A stretch of DNA of 63,035 nucleotides, filler included, from Reclinomonas americana ATCC 50394 (taxonomy: Eukaryota): the NCBI GenBank assembly GCA_048213135.1. It is 16 parts of 16 records of this genome, joined end to end, with 100 filler letters (N's around TTAATTAATTAA, not from the genome) between each part and the next. Parts side by side here need not be neighbours in the genome. Positions count along the whole stretch, not along the records: positions 1 to 6,796 come from AFZH01019190.1; positions 6,897 to 9,938 come from AFZH01019192.1; positions 10,039 to 14,013 come from AFZH01019193.1; 13 more parts are not named here. The stretch is one strand, 5' to 3'. The position numbers and the translations under genes were made by a program. Below are positions 1 to 10,512 of this stretch, one piece after another. The notes under the pieces are model-generated. The model did no database searches, was not told where the DNA came from, and saw only the letters and a program-made list of their open reading frames with translations. How positions within the stretch are numbered: position 1 is the stretch's first letter; every line of letters begins with the position of its first letter.

Positions 1-1085
1 CGTCAACTCGATTCCGCCCTCGCTCAACTCGCTCTCCATCTTCAACATCATGCTGCGCTCGTCGCCACCCGACTCGGATCTCTTGCCGTTCCTCGCGCAA
101 GTGCGCATCCCCAAGAGCACGCTTGGTGGCACCGATTACAAGACATTCATCGCCACGCTGGCGCGCGTGCAGCAGTACTTGCCCGTGTGGTACTACTCGT
201 CGCTGGTGCTCGGACGCGCCACAGGCAGCTTCGACAAGATCCTGCTCTTTGCCGCGCAGCGATTCGCACAGGGTTCGTGCCTTTTCCCATGCTACGTTAC
301 CTGTGTTCGTCGCTGAGCCACGTTGCGCAGACATCAAGACGCGACAGGCTGTGGTGTCGGCACTGGTGTATCCGGCATTCATGCTGCTGCTGTCGATCGG
401 CGGCATCACGTTGCTGCTGGCGCGCATTCTACCGCAGCAGATCAGCACGTTCGAGTCGATGGGCCTGCCGGTGCCGGCCAGTCTGGCCTTCGTGAATCTG
501 CTGCTGCAGCGCACCGAGCTCTTCTGGGTGTCGCTGGCGGTGCTGCTGCCGAGTGCGCTGTCGTCGCGCTTGCTGCCGTATCGCACCCACATGCGACTGC
601 AGTACATCAAGCTGCACACGCCACTTGGCCGACTGCGCTTCCTGCGCGACAAGGCCGCCCTGCTCAACGTGCTCTCCATGCTGACGGCCGAGCAGATCAG
701 CTCGCGCCTCCTGCTCGTCTGCACCAACCTCAATGGCAATCCCGTGCTGCAGCACATGCTGGAGAGCATGGCGGCGCGCGCCAAGAGTGGTGCCTCCTCC
801 GAAGAGGTGCTGTCGTACATGCTGACGCAGGCGCACGTCTTCTCGCCCTACGAGGTGGCCTACCTGCAAGCGTGCTTCCTCACCGGCAAGCACGCCACCG
901 TACAAGACGGTCTGCGATACTTGGCCGCCGCCGCCCAACGCGAATACCAGTCGCGACTGGACACACTGCTCGGCCTGCTCAATCCAATCACTACCGTGCT
1001 GGTGGGCATGCTGGTGGCCATGATCGCCTTCCTCGGTGTCGGCCCGCTGGTGCAACTCACCGACGCTGTCTCTGTTAATGCATAA
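1..1085 (+). CDS. gspF: Type II secretion system protein F / PilC family inner-membrane platform protein, 5'-partial, one intron (273-330)
   Basis: Splicing G|GTTCGT...TTGCGCAG joins ORF 50..316 to ORF 123..1085. The product reads LPVWYYSSLVLGRATGSFDKILLFAAQRFAQDIKTRQAVVSALVYPAFMLLLSIGGITLLLARILPQ (end of T2SSF domain 1 plus TM1). The second repeat reads FSPYEVAYLQACFLTGKH...QREYQSRLDTLLGLLNPITTVLVGMLVAMIAFLGVGPLVQL. Both match the duplicated GspF/PilC architecture with 3 TM helices. Confidence 0.88.
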   Translation, partial: STRFRPRSTRSPSSTSCCARRHPTRISCRSSRKCASPRARLVAPITRHSSPRWRACSSTCPCGTTRRWCSDAPQAASTRSCSLPRSDSHRVRAFSHATLPVFVAEPRCADIKTRQAVVSALVYPAFMLLLSIGGITLLLARILPQQISTFESMGLPVPASLAFVNLLLQRTELFWVSLAVLLPSALSSRLLPYRTHMRLQYIKLHTPLGRLRFLRDKAALLNVLSMLTAEQISSRLLLVCTNLNGNPVLQHMLESMAARAKSGASSEEVLSYMLTQAHVFSPYEVAYLQACFLTGKHATVQDGLRYLAAAAQREYQSRLDTLLGLLNPITTVLVGMLVAMIAFLGVGPLVQLTDAVSVNA

Positions 1086-1130
1086 TGAATGAAGTTTCGA
1101 GGTAGGACATCACGGCTATTGATCTTGATC

Positions 1131-2931
1131 ATGCGGAGAGAGAGCACGCTCATCTCACTCGTGCTTGTCTCGCTGCTGTGCGTGTCTATCGTCGCCCATG
1201 TGGAGGGCCAACAGCAGCCGCGCGCAGCACAGCGCTGGGTCACCGACTCGTCGGGCAGCAGTGTGCGGATGCAGCGATTCCCCGATGTGATTTTCCGCAA
1301 CTCCACGAGTGCCTCCACCACTGCGGTGACCGTGGACGTCCACACAGTGTTTCAGTCGATGAATGGGTACGGTGCGGCGCTCACCAATGCCGCCGCCACA
1401 CTGCTGCTGGCCCTGAAACACACGAATGGGACGATGTACTCGGAGGTGTTGCATCGACTGTTTGACGATGCGGGCGAGGCGCGACTGGGTGTGTTGCGCA
1501 TTCCGCTCGGCAGCACCGACTTTTCGCTGGAGGAGTACGTGTACCAGCCGACACGCGACTCGGCTTTCAGCATTGAACACGACATGCAAGATCTCGTGCC
1601 GGTGTTGCACGACATTCTGGCGGTGCAGCCGAACACGCGTCTCCTGTTGGCGCCCTTTACTGCGCCGCCGTGGATGAAGGACAACCCGAGCTTCTACTGG
1701 GGTACGCTGCGCGACGACATGATTGCACGGTACGCGCAGTACCTGGTCGATGCGGTGACTGCCTATCAGAAGGAGCTTGGCGCCTCGACTGTGTGGGCCC
1801 TCACGCTGCAGAATGAGCCGCTGCACGACCCGTTGCGTCACCCAGCTCACGTACGCGACAATGTTTGTTATGCTGAGAGGCTTGACACAGCTGCGATTAC
1901 CCTTGCATGCGCATGATGCCACCGGCGCAGGTTTTTCTGACGAACTGTCTGTCTGTCAGTCGCCTCCACAGTGCTCCTCACTGTGTCTTTGCGTGCAGAT
2001 CAAGTTGGCACCACAGGTGCGCCAGCTGCTGGATGCCACTGGTGCGGGCCGCAGCGTCAAGGTCCTGGCTTACGATCACAAGTTGCGCGACAGCCTTCCC
2101 TCTATCTCCAGGCTGCCTTTTTCACTGTCGTTCATTCATCACGATCAACAGCTGGGACACCATTTGGTACCCCACCGAGGTGCTCGCTGACGCGACGGCA
2201 GGCGCCGCACTGGCGGGTACTGCCGTCCACTGCTACGGCGGCGACGTCTCGGCGCAGTCGGCACTGCATGGCACCAATCCGACGAAGGAGATCCACATGA
2301 CCGAATGCTCCGGCACCACTGGCGCTCCCGTCTTCAAGGACAACATGAACTGGTGCGACACGTGCACTCCAAGAGCGGCGATTACCCTCTTACCTCACTC
2401 GCGTGCCGCCTCACCAGGAACTGCGCCAATCTGTACCTCGGCGGAGCACGAAACTGGGGCCAGACGGTGTTGCACTGGAACTTGGCACTCGATCAGAACT
2501 GCGGACCGCATCTGGGCGGATGCAAGAACTGCCGCGGCGTGCTCACGCTGCATCGACCGGCGTGGGACACGGCGCGCGTGCCGCAAGCTGTGGACGGCGT
2601 GCAGTACGAGGTCGAATACTACGGACTGTTTCGTCTCTAAAACACTCGTCTTGATCTCCTCCGACGTGCACCTCACCCACCATGCCAATGCAGTGCTCAC
2701 ATGAGTCGCTTCGTGCGCACCGGGTACCAGCGTGTAAGCACCACGGTGACACCCACGGACTGCATCCTGGCCGAGTCGTTCTCCGACGGCACCACCACCG
2801 TCACCACAATCATCAACAATCACTGCAGCGCGCCCGTCGACGTTGCACTCGTGCAAGGCGCCAACGGAGGCACTGCCCTGGTCGCTGCCACTCCACCCGG
2901 CATGACCACACTGACGTATCCCATACTATAA
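1131..2931 (+). CDS. Glycoside hydrolase family 30 (glucosylceramidase / beta-1,6-glucanase-like), secreted, 5 introns
   Basis: Signal peptide; motifs FQSMNGYGAALT, LRIPLGSTDFS, TAPPWMK, LTLQNEP (acid/base), YDHNWD, AVHCYGG, IHMTECSG (nucleophile), WNLALDQNCGP, YYGLAHMSRFVR after splicing. Confidence 0.92.
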
Positions 2932-2999
2932 CGCCGCAATAAAACGCGTTTCTGTAGTCAAACTTACGTACATACGTATTTTTATCATCGCGCGGAGAG

Positions 3000-4370
3000 A
3001 TGTTGTCTATAACGCGAAGGCTGTTCTCTTCGTTGCGCAGCTCGTTGGGCATTGCTTCCTCACACTCACTCACTCACTCACTCACTCTGCACGCAGTCAC
3101 TCCACACTGGCCACTGGCACTCCACTGGCCGAGCAAGTTGTCACAGTCATTGGTGGCAGTGGCTTTCTCGGTCGCGCTGTGGTCGCCGCTCTCCACGACC
3201 GTGTGAAAGAGGTTAAGAGAGAGAGAGTAAGAGAGACAGTCTCCACTGTGTGAGTGCCGACGTGTCGTGCTGCAGATTCGCGTGGCCTCGCGCAAGCCCG
3301 ATCCCTCCAAGTTCACTGAACATCCGCGTGTGACGTGTGTGCCTCTGGATGCCACTGATGCACGCGGTGTGATCACTGCCACACAGGTGTGACGATAGAG
3401 AAGAGTGAGAGTCGTCGAGCGTGCCTGATTCTCTCTCTCTCTCGCTCCCTGTTTGTGTGCGTGAAGGGATCGACATCGGTTGTCAATCTGGTCGGCATTC
3501 TGTACGAGACTCCGCAACAGTCGTTCCTCGACGCGCATGTCAAGATCGCCCGCAATGTGGCCGAGGCCTGTGCGGCCAACCGTTGCGTTCATCCTGCTGC
3601 ATGCTCCTGTGTTTTTGAAGCTGTCCGATGATGGATGGGCTGCAGGCGCCGAGAATCTCGTGCATGTGTCCTCGATTGGATCGGAGACCGATGCACCCTC
3701 GCGCTACTCGCAGACCAAGGCGCAGGCGGAGCGCGAGGCCAAGGTCATCTTCCCCAACATTACCATCTTGCGCCCGTCGATTATCTTTGGAGAGGAGGAC
3801 AGCTTCTTCAACATGTTTGATCAAATGGCCAAGTACTCGTTCATGCTGCCGCTGATTGGCGGTGGTGAGACGCGTTTCCAGCCTGTGTACGTGCAAGATG
3901 TGGCACAGGCGGTGCTCAAGTTGCGTGCGCCGATGCAAGCCACCCATACGCGTACGCAGTTGTGCCTTGTCTTGTTCATTGCGTCTTGGCAGAGTGTTGT
4001 CGGATCCGACGACTCACGGCAAGACGTTTGAGATTGGTGGCGCGCGTGTGTACACGTTCAAAGAGCTGCTGGAGTTGATGCTTCGTGTGACCAATCGGAC
4101 ACGTCTCCTCGTGCCGGTGCCGTTCGCGGTGGCCGCGCTGCAGGGTCGCGTGCTGGAGATGCTACCAGGCCGCCCAGTTGCGTTTTCTGCAACGTGAGAT
4201 CCCTTCCTCATCCTCCCTCCTCACTGCCTGCCACGCAGCTACTGACCGTGGACCAAGTCGAAAGTCTGAAGCGAGACAATGTGGTCTCGCCGACGGCGCG
4301 CACCTTGTCGGACCTGGGAATCGTACCGCGGTCGGTGGAAGACCTGCTGCCGACGTATCTCAAGCCGTGA
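3000..4370 (+). CDS. NDUFA9: Complex I NDUFA9-family atypical SDR with mitochondrial presequence-like N-terminus
   Basis: MLSITRRLFSS N-terminus; VTVIGGSGFLGRAVV, VVNLVGILYE, VHVSSIG, YSQTKAQAE, ILRPSIIFGEED, GGGETRFQPVYVQDVA, LLTVDQV motifs across about 6 introns. Confidence 0.88.
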
Positions 4371-4655
4371 GCGCGGAATCGTTTTTCTCTTGGCCCGTCC
4401 CCTCCCCTCCTCTCCCCTCCCCTACTCCTCCTAGACACTATGCAGTAGCTCATGTTGTGCGCGTGCGTGTGTGTGCCCCGCAATGTAGTTGACACACGAC
4501 AACGGCACAAAAACAACCAAACACGCACGTTATACTCTACAAGCTACCACCACCACGGCCTTAAAAGTTAACGGACGCCAAGCATACAAGAACACAAAAG
4601 AAAGGAGGGCACACGGAAACAGAGAGAGAGAGACACACAAATCATCATCACCAGA

Positions 4656-4690
<35 letters not shown>

Positions 4691-4694
4691 CTGG

Positions 4695-6585
4695 TTATTG
4701 AGATCCACTGGCCATGGAGCCGCCACTGGCCAACAGCAGCGCCTGTGCGGCGGGTGGCGGGGGTGCCAGGTCGGGGTGGAACGAGCGCAGCTCCTCCCAC
4801 AGGTGTGCCTTGATCATGTCAGTGTTCAACTCAATCACCTCGAAGCTGAAGTCGAGCTTCTCCGGCGCCTCGACCTCCTCATCCAGATTCCGGATGGGCG
4901 CAAAGTACGGGTGCTCGAGTGCCTGTTGGATTGTCATGCGTTCCTTGGGGTGGAATCGCATCATGCCCAGCATCAGGTCGAGGGCTGCGGCGTGCAAGTG
5001 AGTACAAGGGGCATGCACCAACGAGGGAGTCTTGTCGCCAGTGCAAACCTTCAGGCGGTGCATTCGGCATCAGCGTGCTGAAATCGGCGGCCTTCTTGAC
5101 GGGCTGTCGAGCCAGCCAATCCAGAGCCTGCGTCGGTCACAGAAGGGGGGTGAGTGGCAAGAATGCATGAGGAGGAGAGACAAGAGGTGTCTGACCTCGC
5201 GCGAGCCAATGTCAGCAATGCTCTCCCTCGATGGTGTGCCCACCAGCGAGCAAATGACCATGATCTGGTCCAAGTCTGCGGTCCCACGAAGTGAGTACGG
5301 GATCCCGTCGAGCGAATACAGGAGACGAAGGGAGAACGCAACAGGACTTGCCCGGAATCAGCGGTCGGCCAGTGTAGGTCTCGGCAAAGATGCACCTGTT
5401 ACCCGGCGAGTGAGTAAACACAAGTGATGGGAGAGAGAGAAAGAAGGGGGTAACACCACGGGACGAAACGCTGCACTCCACACATCGATCGCTTCGCCGT
5501 ACGTCTTGAGTTGCATGAGCAACTCCGGAGCACCTACAAACACGCAGAAGGTGAGCACGTGCGACAACGGCTCGACATTATTTGAAGCAGTTCATCAGCA
5601 TCATCATCACGCAACGATACCCTGCAGTCGTGAGAATCGAGAGTGAGACACGCAGAACATGATGCATGAACGGGGGCAACAGGAGGAGACGCAACATCGA
5701 GTCGTGACGTACAGGGTCATTTCGACCTTCTTCTCCTCCTCGTAGTGCATGGAGCGAGCCAAACCAAAGTCGCACAGCTTCAAATGACCGTCTTCCGAGA
5801 TCAGCAAGTTGCCGGGTTTCCTGTGTGTGAAATTCACGTTCAGACTGGACTTCAAGACGCGACGCGGATGCCAAAAGACGCAACAGATCGCGATGCAAGA
5901 TGTTGCACGAGTGGCAGTACTTCAATCCCTTGAGCAGTTCGTACATCCATAGCCGACGGTTGTGTTCCGACACCATCGACGGACCGGCCTTGAGCTCCTT
6001 GGCCAGATCGCGATCACCAAGCTCAAACACAAAGTACAGCTGCTTGAAGTCGCTGCGCCGTGAATCACACGAGCAAGTGAGGACGCAGAGCAGCCACCTG
6101 CGTAACACAGCAACAACAACAAAACGCAACTCGTACGACTGCGGCCGCGCCATGTCGAACAACTCAATCACATTGGCGTGCTTCAGGTGACGCAGAATCT
6201 TGACCTCGCGCAGCAGACTGCCAGAGGAAGGGTAAGCACAACGCGGCGTGAGATAATTAGCAACAGAGAAGAAGAGGGGGCGCACCGCTTGGCCTCGGGA
6301 GCACTGCGGAACACGCCATCGACTCGCTTGATGGCCACATCGCGACCTGTGCGGAAATCCGTGGCTCGCCTGTGACATGCAATGAGTGGAAGACACACAC
6401 AGAGTGAGCATGACAGAGAGAAACGCAACACGACAACACCAAAGGCGCCGGCTCCGAGCACCTCATGGATCTCATAGCTGTCATGACGGAAAGCATGCTT
6501 ACTGTCAGTTTGATGCCACTTTGTGAGAGAGAGAGAGCGGGTCTGTGTGCAAGTGGACTCACCGCGTCGGAAGTGTCCACTCTGC
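4695..6585 (-). CDS. MAP kinase (CMGC), 5'-partial, about 10 introns including a 6-nt microexon
   Basis: Spliced: WTLPTRYEIHEVLGAGAFGVV, VAIKR, LLREVKILRHLKH, HRDLKPGNLL, CDFGLAR, MTLYVTTRWYRAPE, IDVWSAACIFAE, ALDLMLGMMRFHPKERMTIQQALEHPYF. Confidence 0.93.
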
Positions 6586-6796
6586 CAAGCAAGAGAGAGA
6601 GAGAGTGGCGTGAGAAAGAGGCCATGGTCGTCCGGACAGCACACACACGAAACACACACATTAACACAAGCAGCACACGAGACACGCGCAAGCACAGAGA
6701 GGAGAGAGCATAGTGCGGCAGAAGCAGAGCAAAAAGGGGGTGTTGCAGTGCAAAGACAAAGCAAAACACACGCGCCATTTTTCCCGTGTGACAAAC

Positions 6797-6896
6797 NNNN
6801 NNNNNNNNNNNNNNNNNNNNNNNNNNNNNNNNNNNNNNNNTTAATTAATTAANNNNNNNNNNNNNNNNNNNNNNNNNNNNNNNNNNNNNNNNNNNN
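6797..6896. other. Assembly gap linker (first of 15; others start at 9939, 14014, 15704, 18217, 21361, 23446, 25164, 28071, 30552, 35831, 50430, 54877, 57275, 60425)
   Basis: Identical 100-nt N-TTAATTAATTAA-N spacer with stops in all six frames; artificial. Confidence 0.98.
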
Positions 6897-9800
6897 GGTC
6901 ACTGTGGCGCGAGGGTCAGCCACCGCAGGTGCTGGAAAAGTGGATTGCCAACCTGCGGCCTGTTCATCGGTGAGTTGTGAGTGTGAGTGCATGCTGGAGG
7001 AGTGTCATGTGTGAGAGTGCTGATTCGCAATCGCTGCACAGGTGCTCGGTGGAGGCACTGGCGTCGATTGCGCGAGTCGGTGAGATCCTGTCGCTGCGTT
7101 CGCGGGAGGAGATGCGATCGCTCGGCCGGCGTCGAGTGATTACCATGTGGTCCAAGTACGACCCGTTGGTCCGCCGTCTGAGAGAGTTGCGGACGTGATT
7201 GCGTTTTTTTTCTTCGTCACATCTCGCCTGACTCATTTGTTTGCAGGGATTTTGCGTTGGAGGCATACAGACACGATCTGTCAAACACTATCCAGTTGCT
7301 GGTCACGCAAGACGCGTCTATTGTGCAAGAGGGCGTGTTGCGCAACGAATTCGGTCAGCGTGGACTGCATCAGCGCGAGCAAAGCTACCAGCGCATGCGA
7401 GGTGCGTTTGTGTGGTCGTATTGTTGCGGAAAGGCGCGGGAGTTATCTCTGAAACATGTGTGCTTTTTTGCGCTCGTGTAGCGGTCATGAGCGCGATGAA
7501 TTCGCTGGAGATGTTTGAGGTCCGTGTGCGTGCCGTGGCGCAGGAGTTGGCCGAGCGTCTCGTGGCCGGCCATCAGACATTCGGTATGGGCCATCCGGGC
7601 GACCGCGATCTGGACACGCACCAACACGTGTTTGCCATCTATGGTCCAAACACCTACGTGGATTACGGAGCTGTGGCGCTCATCATCAGCCCCGATGTGA
7701 TGAAGCATCCCGACGTGTATGGTTTGTGTGCGAATCGCTCAAAAAAAAACGAACCGAGCTGCACATCTCACTCTCGTCAACAGTGACGCCAGTGGCTGCG
7801 CTGTCATTTACCAGCATGCAGGGATACGGGTTTGTGGTGGTCCTTGTCGGTGTTGTTGTTGTCACTCTCTCGTGTCGCTGATTGGCTCGAGCGCAGCGGG
7901 TACGAGATGCGTCCGTGGAATTTAAGTGAGCGGCTGGAGGAGGTGAATCGCGGCGTGCAGACCTCGTCCGCGGTGGCTGCGCTGTATTCTGACTTGCTGC
8001 TGCATCGGTAGGGAGTGGACGTATCGTCACGCACCCCGCTTCGATCTGGCACGTCGCATGGACCACAGGAGAATGCCTTGTACGTGGACCCCGACGTTGG
8101 CGAGCAGGTACGGCCTGGGCTGTCTTGTTCTCTGGATTGGCAGGAAGGAAAGTAACACTCCCGTGCACAGCTCTTTGAGGAGTCACGTGTGCATCCGTAT
8201 TTGACACCAGACGCCGCCAGCCTGCTGGCGCACGACATTGCGTGCCGGGTGCGCCTCGTTCTCAGTGGTGGCCGCGAACCGCGACCGTTTGACAACTGGT
8301 GCGTCTCTGACTGCAGCATTCTGTGCATGTGGCATGCGGGTTACCCCACTGACATATCTGATACAGGCCGCGAGTACGTGAGCTGCTGCACGACATGGGA
8401 TTTGAGGATCAGCTGGGAACACCGGAGATGCTTCGAGTGTGCGTCCAAGAAACACAGCAGAGCAATGCCCGTTGATGTGCATTTTTTGGCTCATTCCACA
8501 TTACAGCATCGACGAGCACCCGCAACTGTTGATCGAGGTCTACACGGCGATGGATGCACACTCGTGTCTGGAGGCGCACTTGCCGCCGCGTGTGCCCGTG
8601 GAGTGGGTCGAGCGTGTTGTTCTGGACCAGGAGTCGTACAGTCGTGCGTTGCTTGCAGTGATGTGGGATCGGTACAGCGCAAGACGGATGTCTGATCTTG
8701 CTACTGTTCTGCTGCAGAGCTGATGTCGAGCATCGACCTGGCCAAGTACCCCGCCGGCGCATTGTTGCTGGAGCGAATGGTGGTGCTCGATACACCCGAG
8801 GCCGTCGAAGACTATCAGGTTGCGTACATGCTGGATCCGTCGTTGCGAAGACCGCTGTTGGATGTGTCGCCGGCAGGTAAGCATGACGGACCTGTCTCTC
8901 CATCCCTCCTGCCCCTGCACACCTCGTTGCTCATTTCCACCAGGTCTGTGCTGCGAGCTGCGCGATCTGCGACTGCGACCCGTGTGGCTGCCGGTGGCAC
9001 TCGGCGACGATCCAACGTACATTGAGATGAAATTCGAGGCCCGTGTGTACGGCGAGATGCGCATCATGCTGGCCGACAGCACTGCCGTGCATTCGCTGCG
9101 ACTGGATGGCATCCGTCGCGCTCCCGTCAACTTTGGTGACAAGTCATACACCATATGCTTTGGGTGTATCTCTGCGGCGAATGCCAGTCAGCCGTGCGAA
9201 ACCGCCATTCGTCGCGGTGGCGGGCCCGAGTGGACCGTGTCTGTTGCGTTGCATGCGAACATCGTCCTCATTCCTGTTGATGTAAGCTCACCGTGTCATG
9301 ATCAGACCACGAACAATGCGGCGCTGGCAGTGGAGGGTTCGCGCGACTCCTACTGGGTCGTGTACGAGCGCAAGATGACTGCCGACGGACCGCTGGCGCG
9401 CATCCAAATCCGTCGCACCACCGATGTGGGCGACGCGCCGCTGTTGGTGTGGGAGGACCCGTCTCCGTTCACAGTGCAGAACATTGCCGTCACCTGCTGC
9501 GATGATCCGGTCAGTGTCTACCAGCTGCACGTGCGAGTCATCAATGAGGTTGGTCGGACGCTGCATGTAGGTGTTTGCACCATTTCCCCCCCTGACCCAG
9601 CCTCCTTTGTGTGCAGAATCGTGACGGTCGAAAGGTGTCATCAACCTTTCCGCCCACTGCGTCGGAGACGTTGTCGAATGATCAGCTGGTGAGTGTTTTC
9701 TCCCTTGTTGTGCATGAGTGGTTCTCGAGGAGAGGTTGTTGACGAATATCACTCTGTGTAGCCGACGGGAGTGCGGCGTGTGGCCAACTCGTCGAGTGTG

Positions 9801-10392
9801 TTGGCCTTTGACGTAGCCGCGTTGCGAACTCGCAATGTCGTCTTCTCGCTGGCTTCGCTGGTGCAACCGTCGCTGCCGCCGCCGCCCACGCGATTCTCTG
9901 CCGACGGTACGTCATCGTCAGTGTGTGGTTTTGCGCTTNNNNNNNNNNNNNNNNNNNNNNNNNNNNNNNNNNNNNNNNNNNNTTAATTAATTAANNNNNN
10001 NNNNNNNNNNNNNNNNNNNNNNNNNNNNNNNNNNNNNNGGGAGTGGGGGCATGTCTCCGCCACTGCCTCCGTCGTCGCTGCCGCTGTGTGCGCCTCTCGT
10101 TGGCACATCTGCGGCCATTGCCGGCGCGCCTAATCTGCCGGGTGAGTCCAGTGTGTGTCTGTCTTCGTTGGTTGGCGCCACAATCACTGACGTTGCTTCT
10201 GGTCGTTTTTTAGGCACTCCGACCGGTGCATCACCAAAGCCGTACGCACGCCGATCGAGCAGTCCTTCGCCTTCACCAGTGTTGCGTCCAGCACCACCGG
10301 CACTACCGCCGCCACTGGTCGCCACCACCACCGCCACCACGACTTCCGTGACGCGTTCTGGCGGACCATACCGACCTTCGTCGCAGTCGTGA
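6897..10392 (+). CDS. Large multi-exon uncharacterised protein with a possible ADP-ribosyltransferase-like domain; 5'-partial; Pro/Ser-rich C-terminus probably lies beyond the gap
   Basis: Canonical introns give a continuous frame: RPVHRCSVEALASIARVGEILS...DRDLDTHQHVFAIYGP...YGAVALIISPDVMKHPD...RPW...DAHSCLEAHLPPRVPVEWVERVVL. Confidence 0.6.
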
Positions 10393-10512
10393 TGAAAAAA
10401 ATACTTGTACCTGTTTATGTATGCGTTACTGTTACATCAATTCATTACACATTGATTATCAAACTACAAGCGGTGTGTGTGTCCCTGGAATTCGTTTCTT
10501 TTTTAAAAGGCC

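Noticed and set aside
1..1085. gspF (and recG, tgt) as bacterial contamination
   Set aside because: Each has spliceosomal introns with host-type donors and sits on a contig with clearly eukaryotic genes.
4695..6585. Possible non-canonical (non GT/GC-AG) introns as in euglenids or diplonemids
   Set aside because: Every intron I could fix by protein conservation resolved to GT-AG or GC-AG with CTCAC/CTGAC-like branch motifs.
6797..6896. Recurrent TTAATTAATTAA flanked by Ns, resembling a regularly spaced repeat or CRISPR
   Set aside because: Artificial scaffold linker of identical 100-nt length; genes continue across it.
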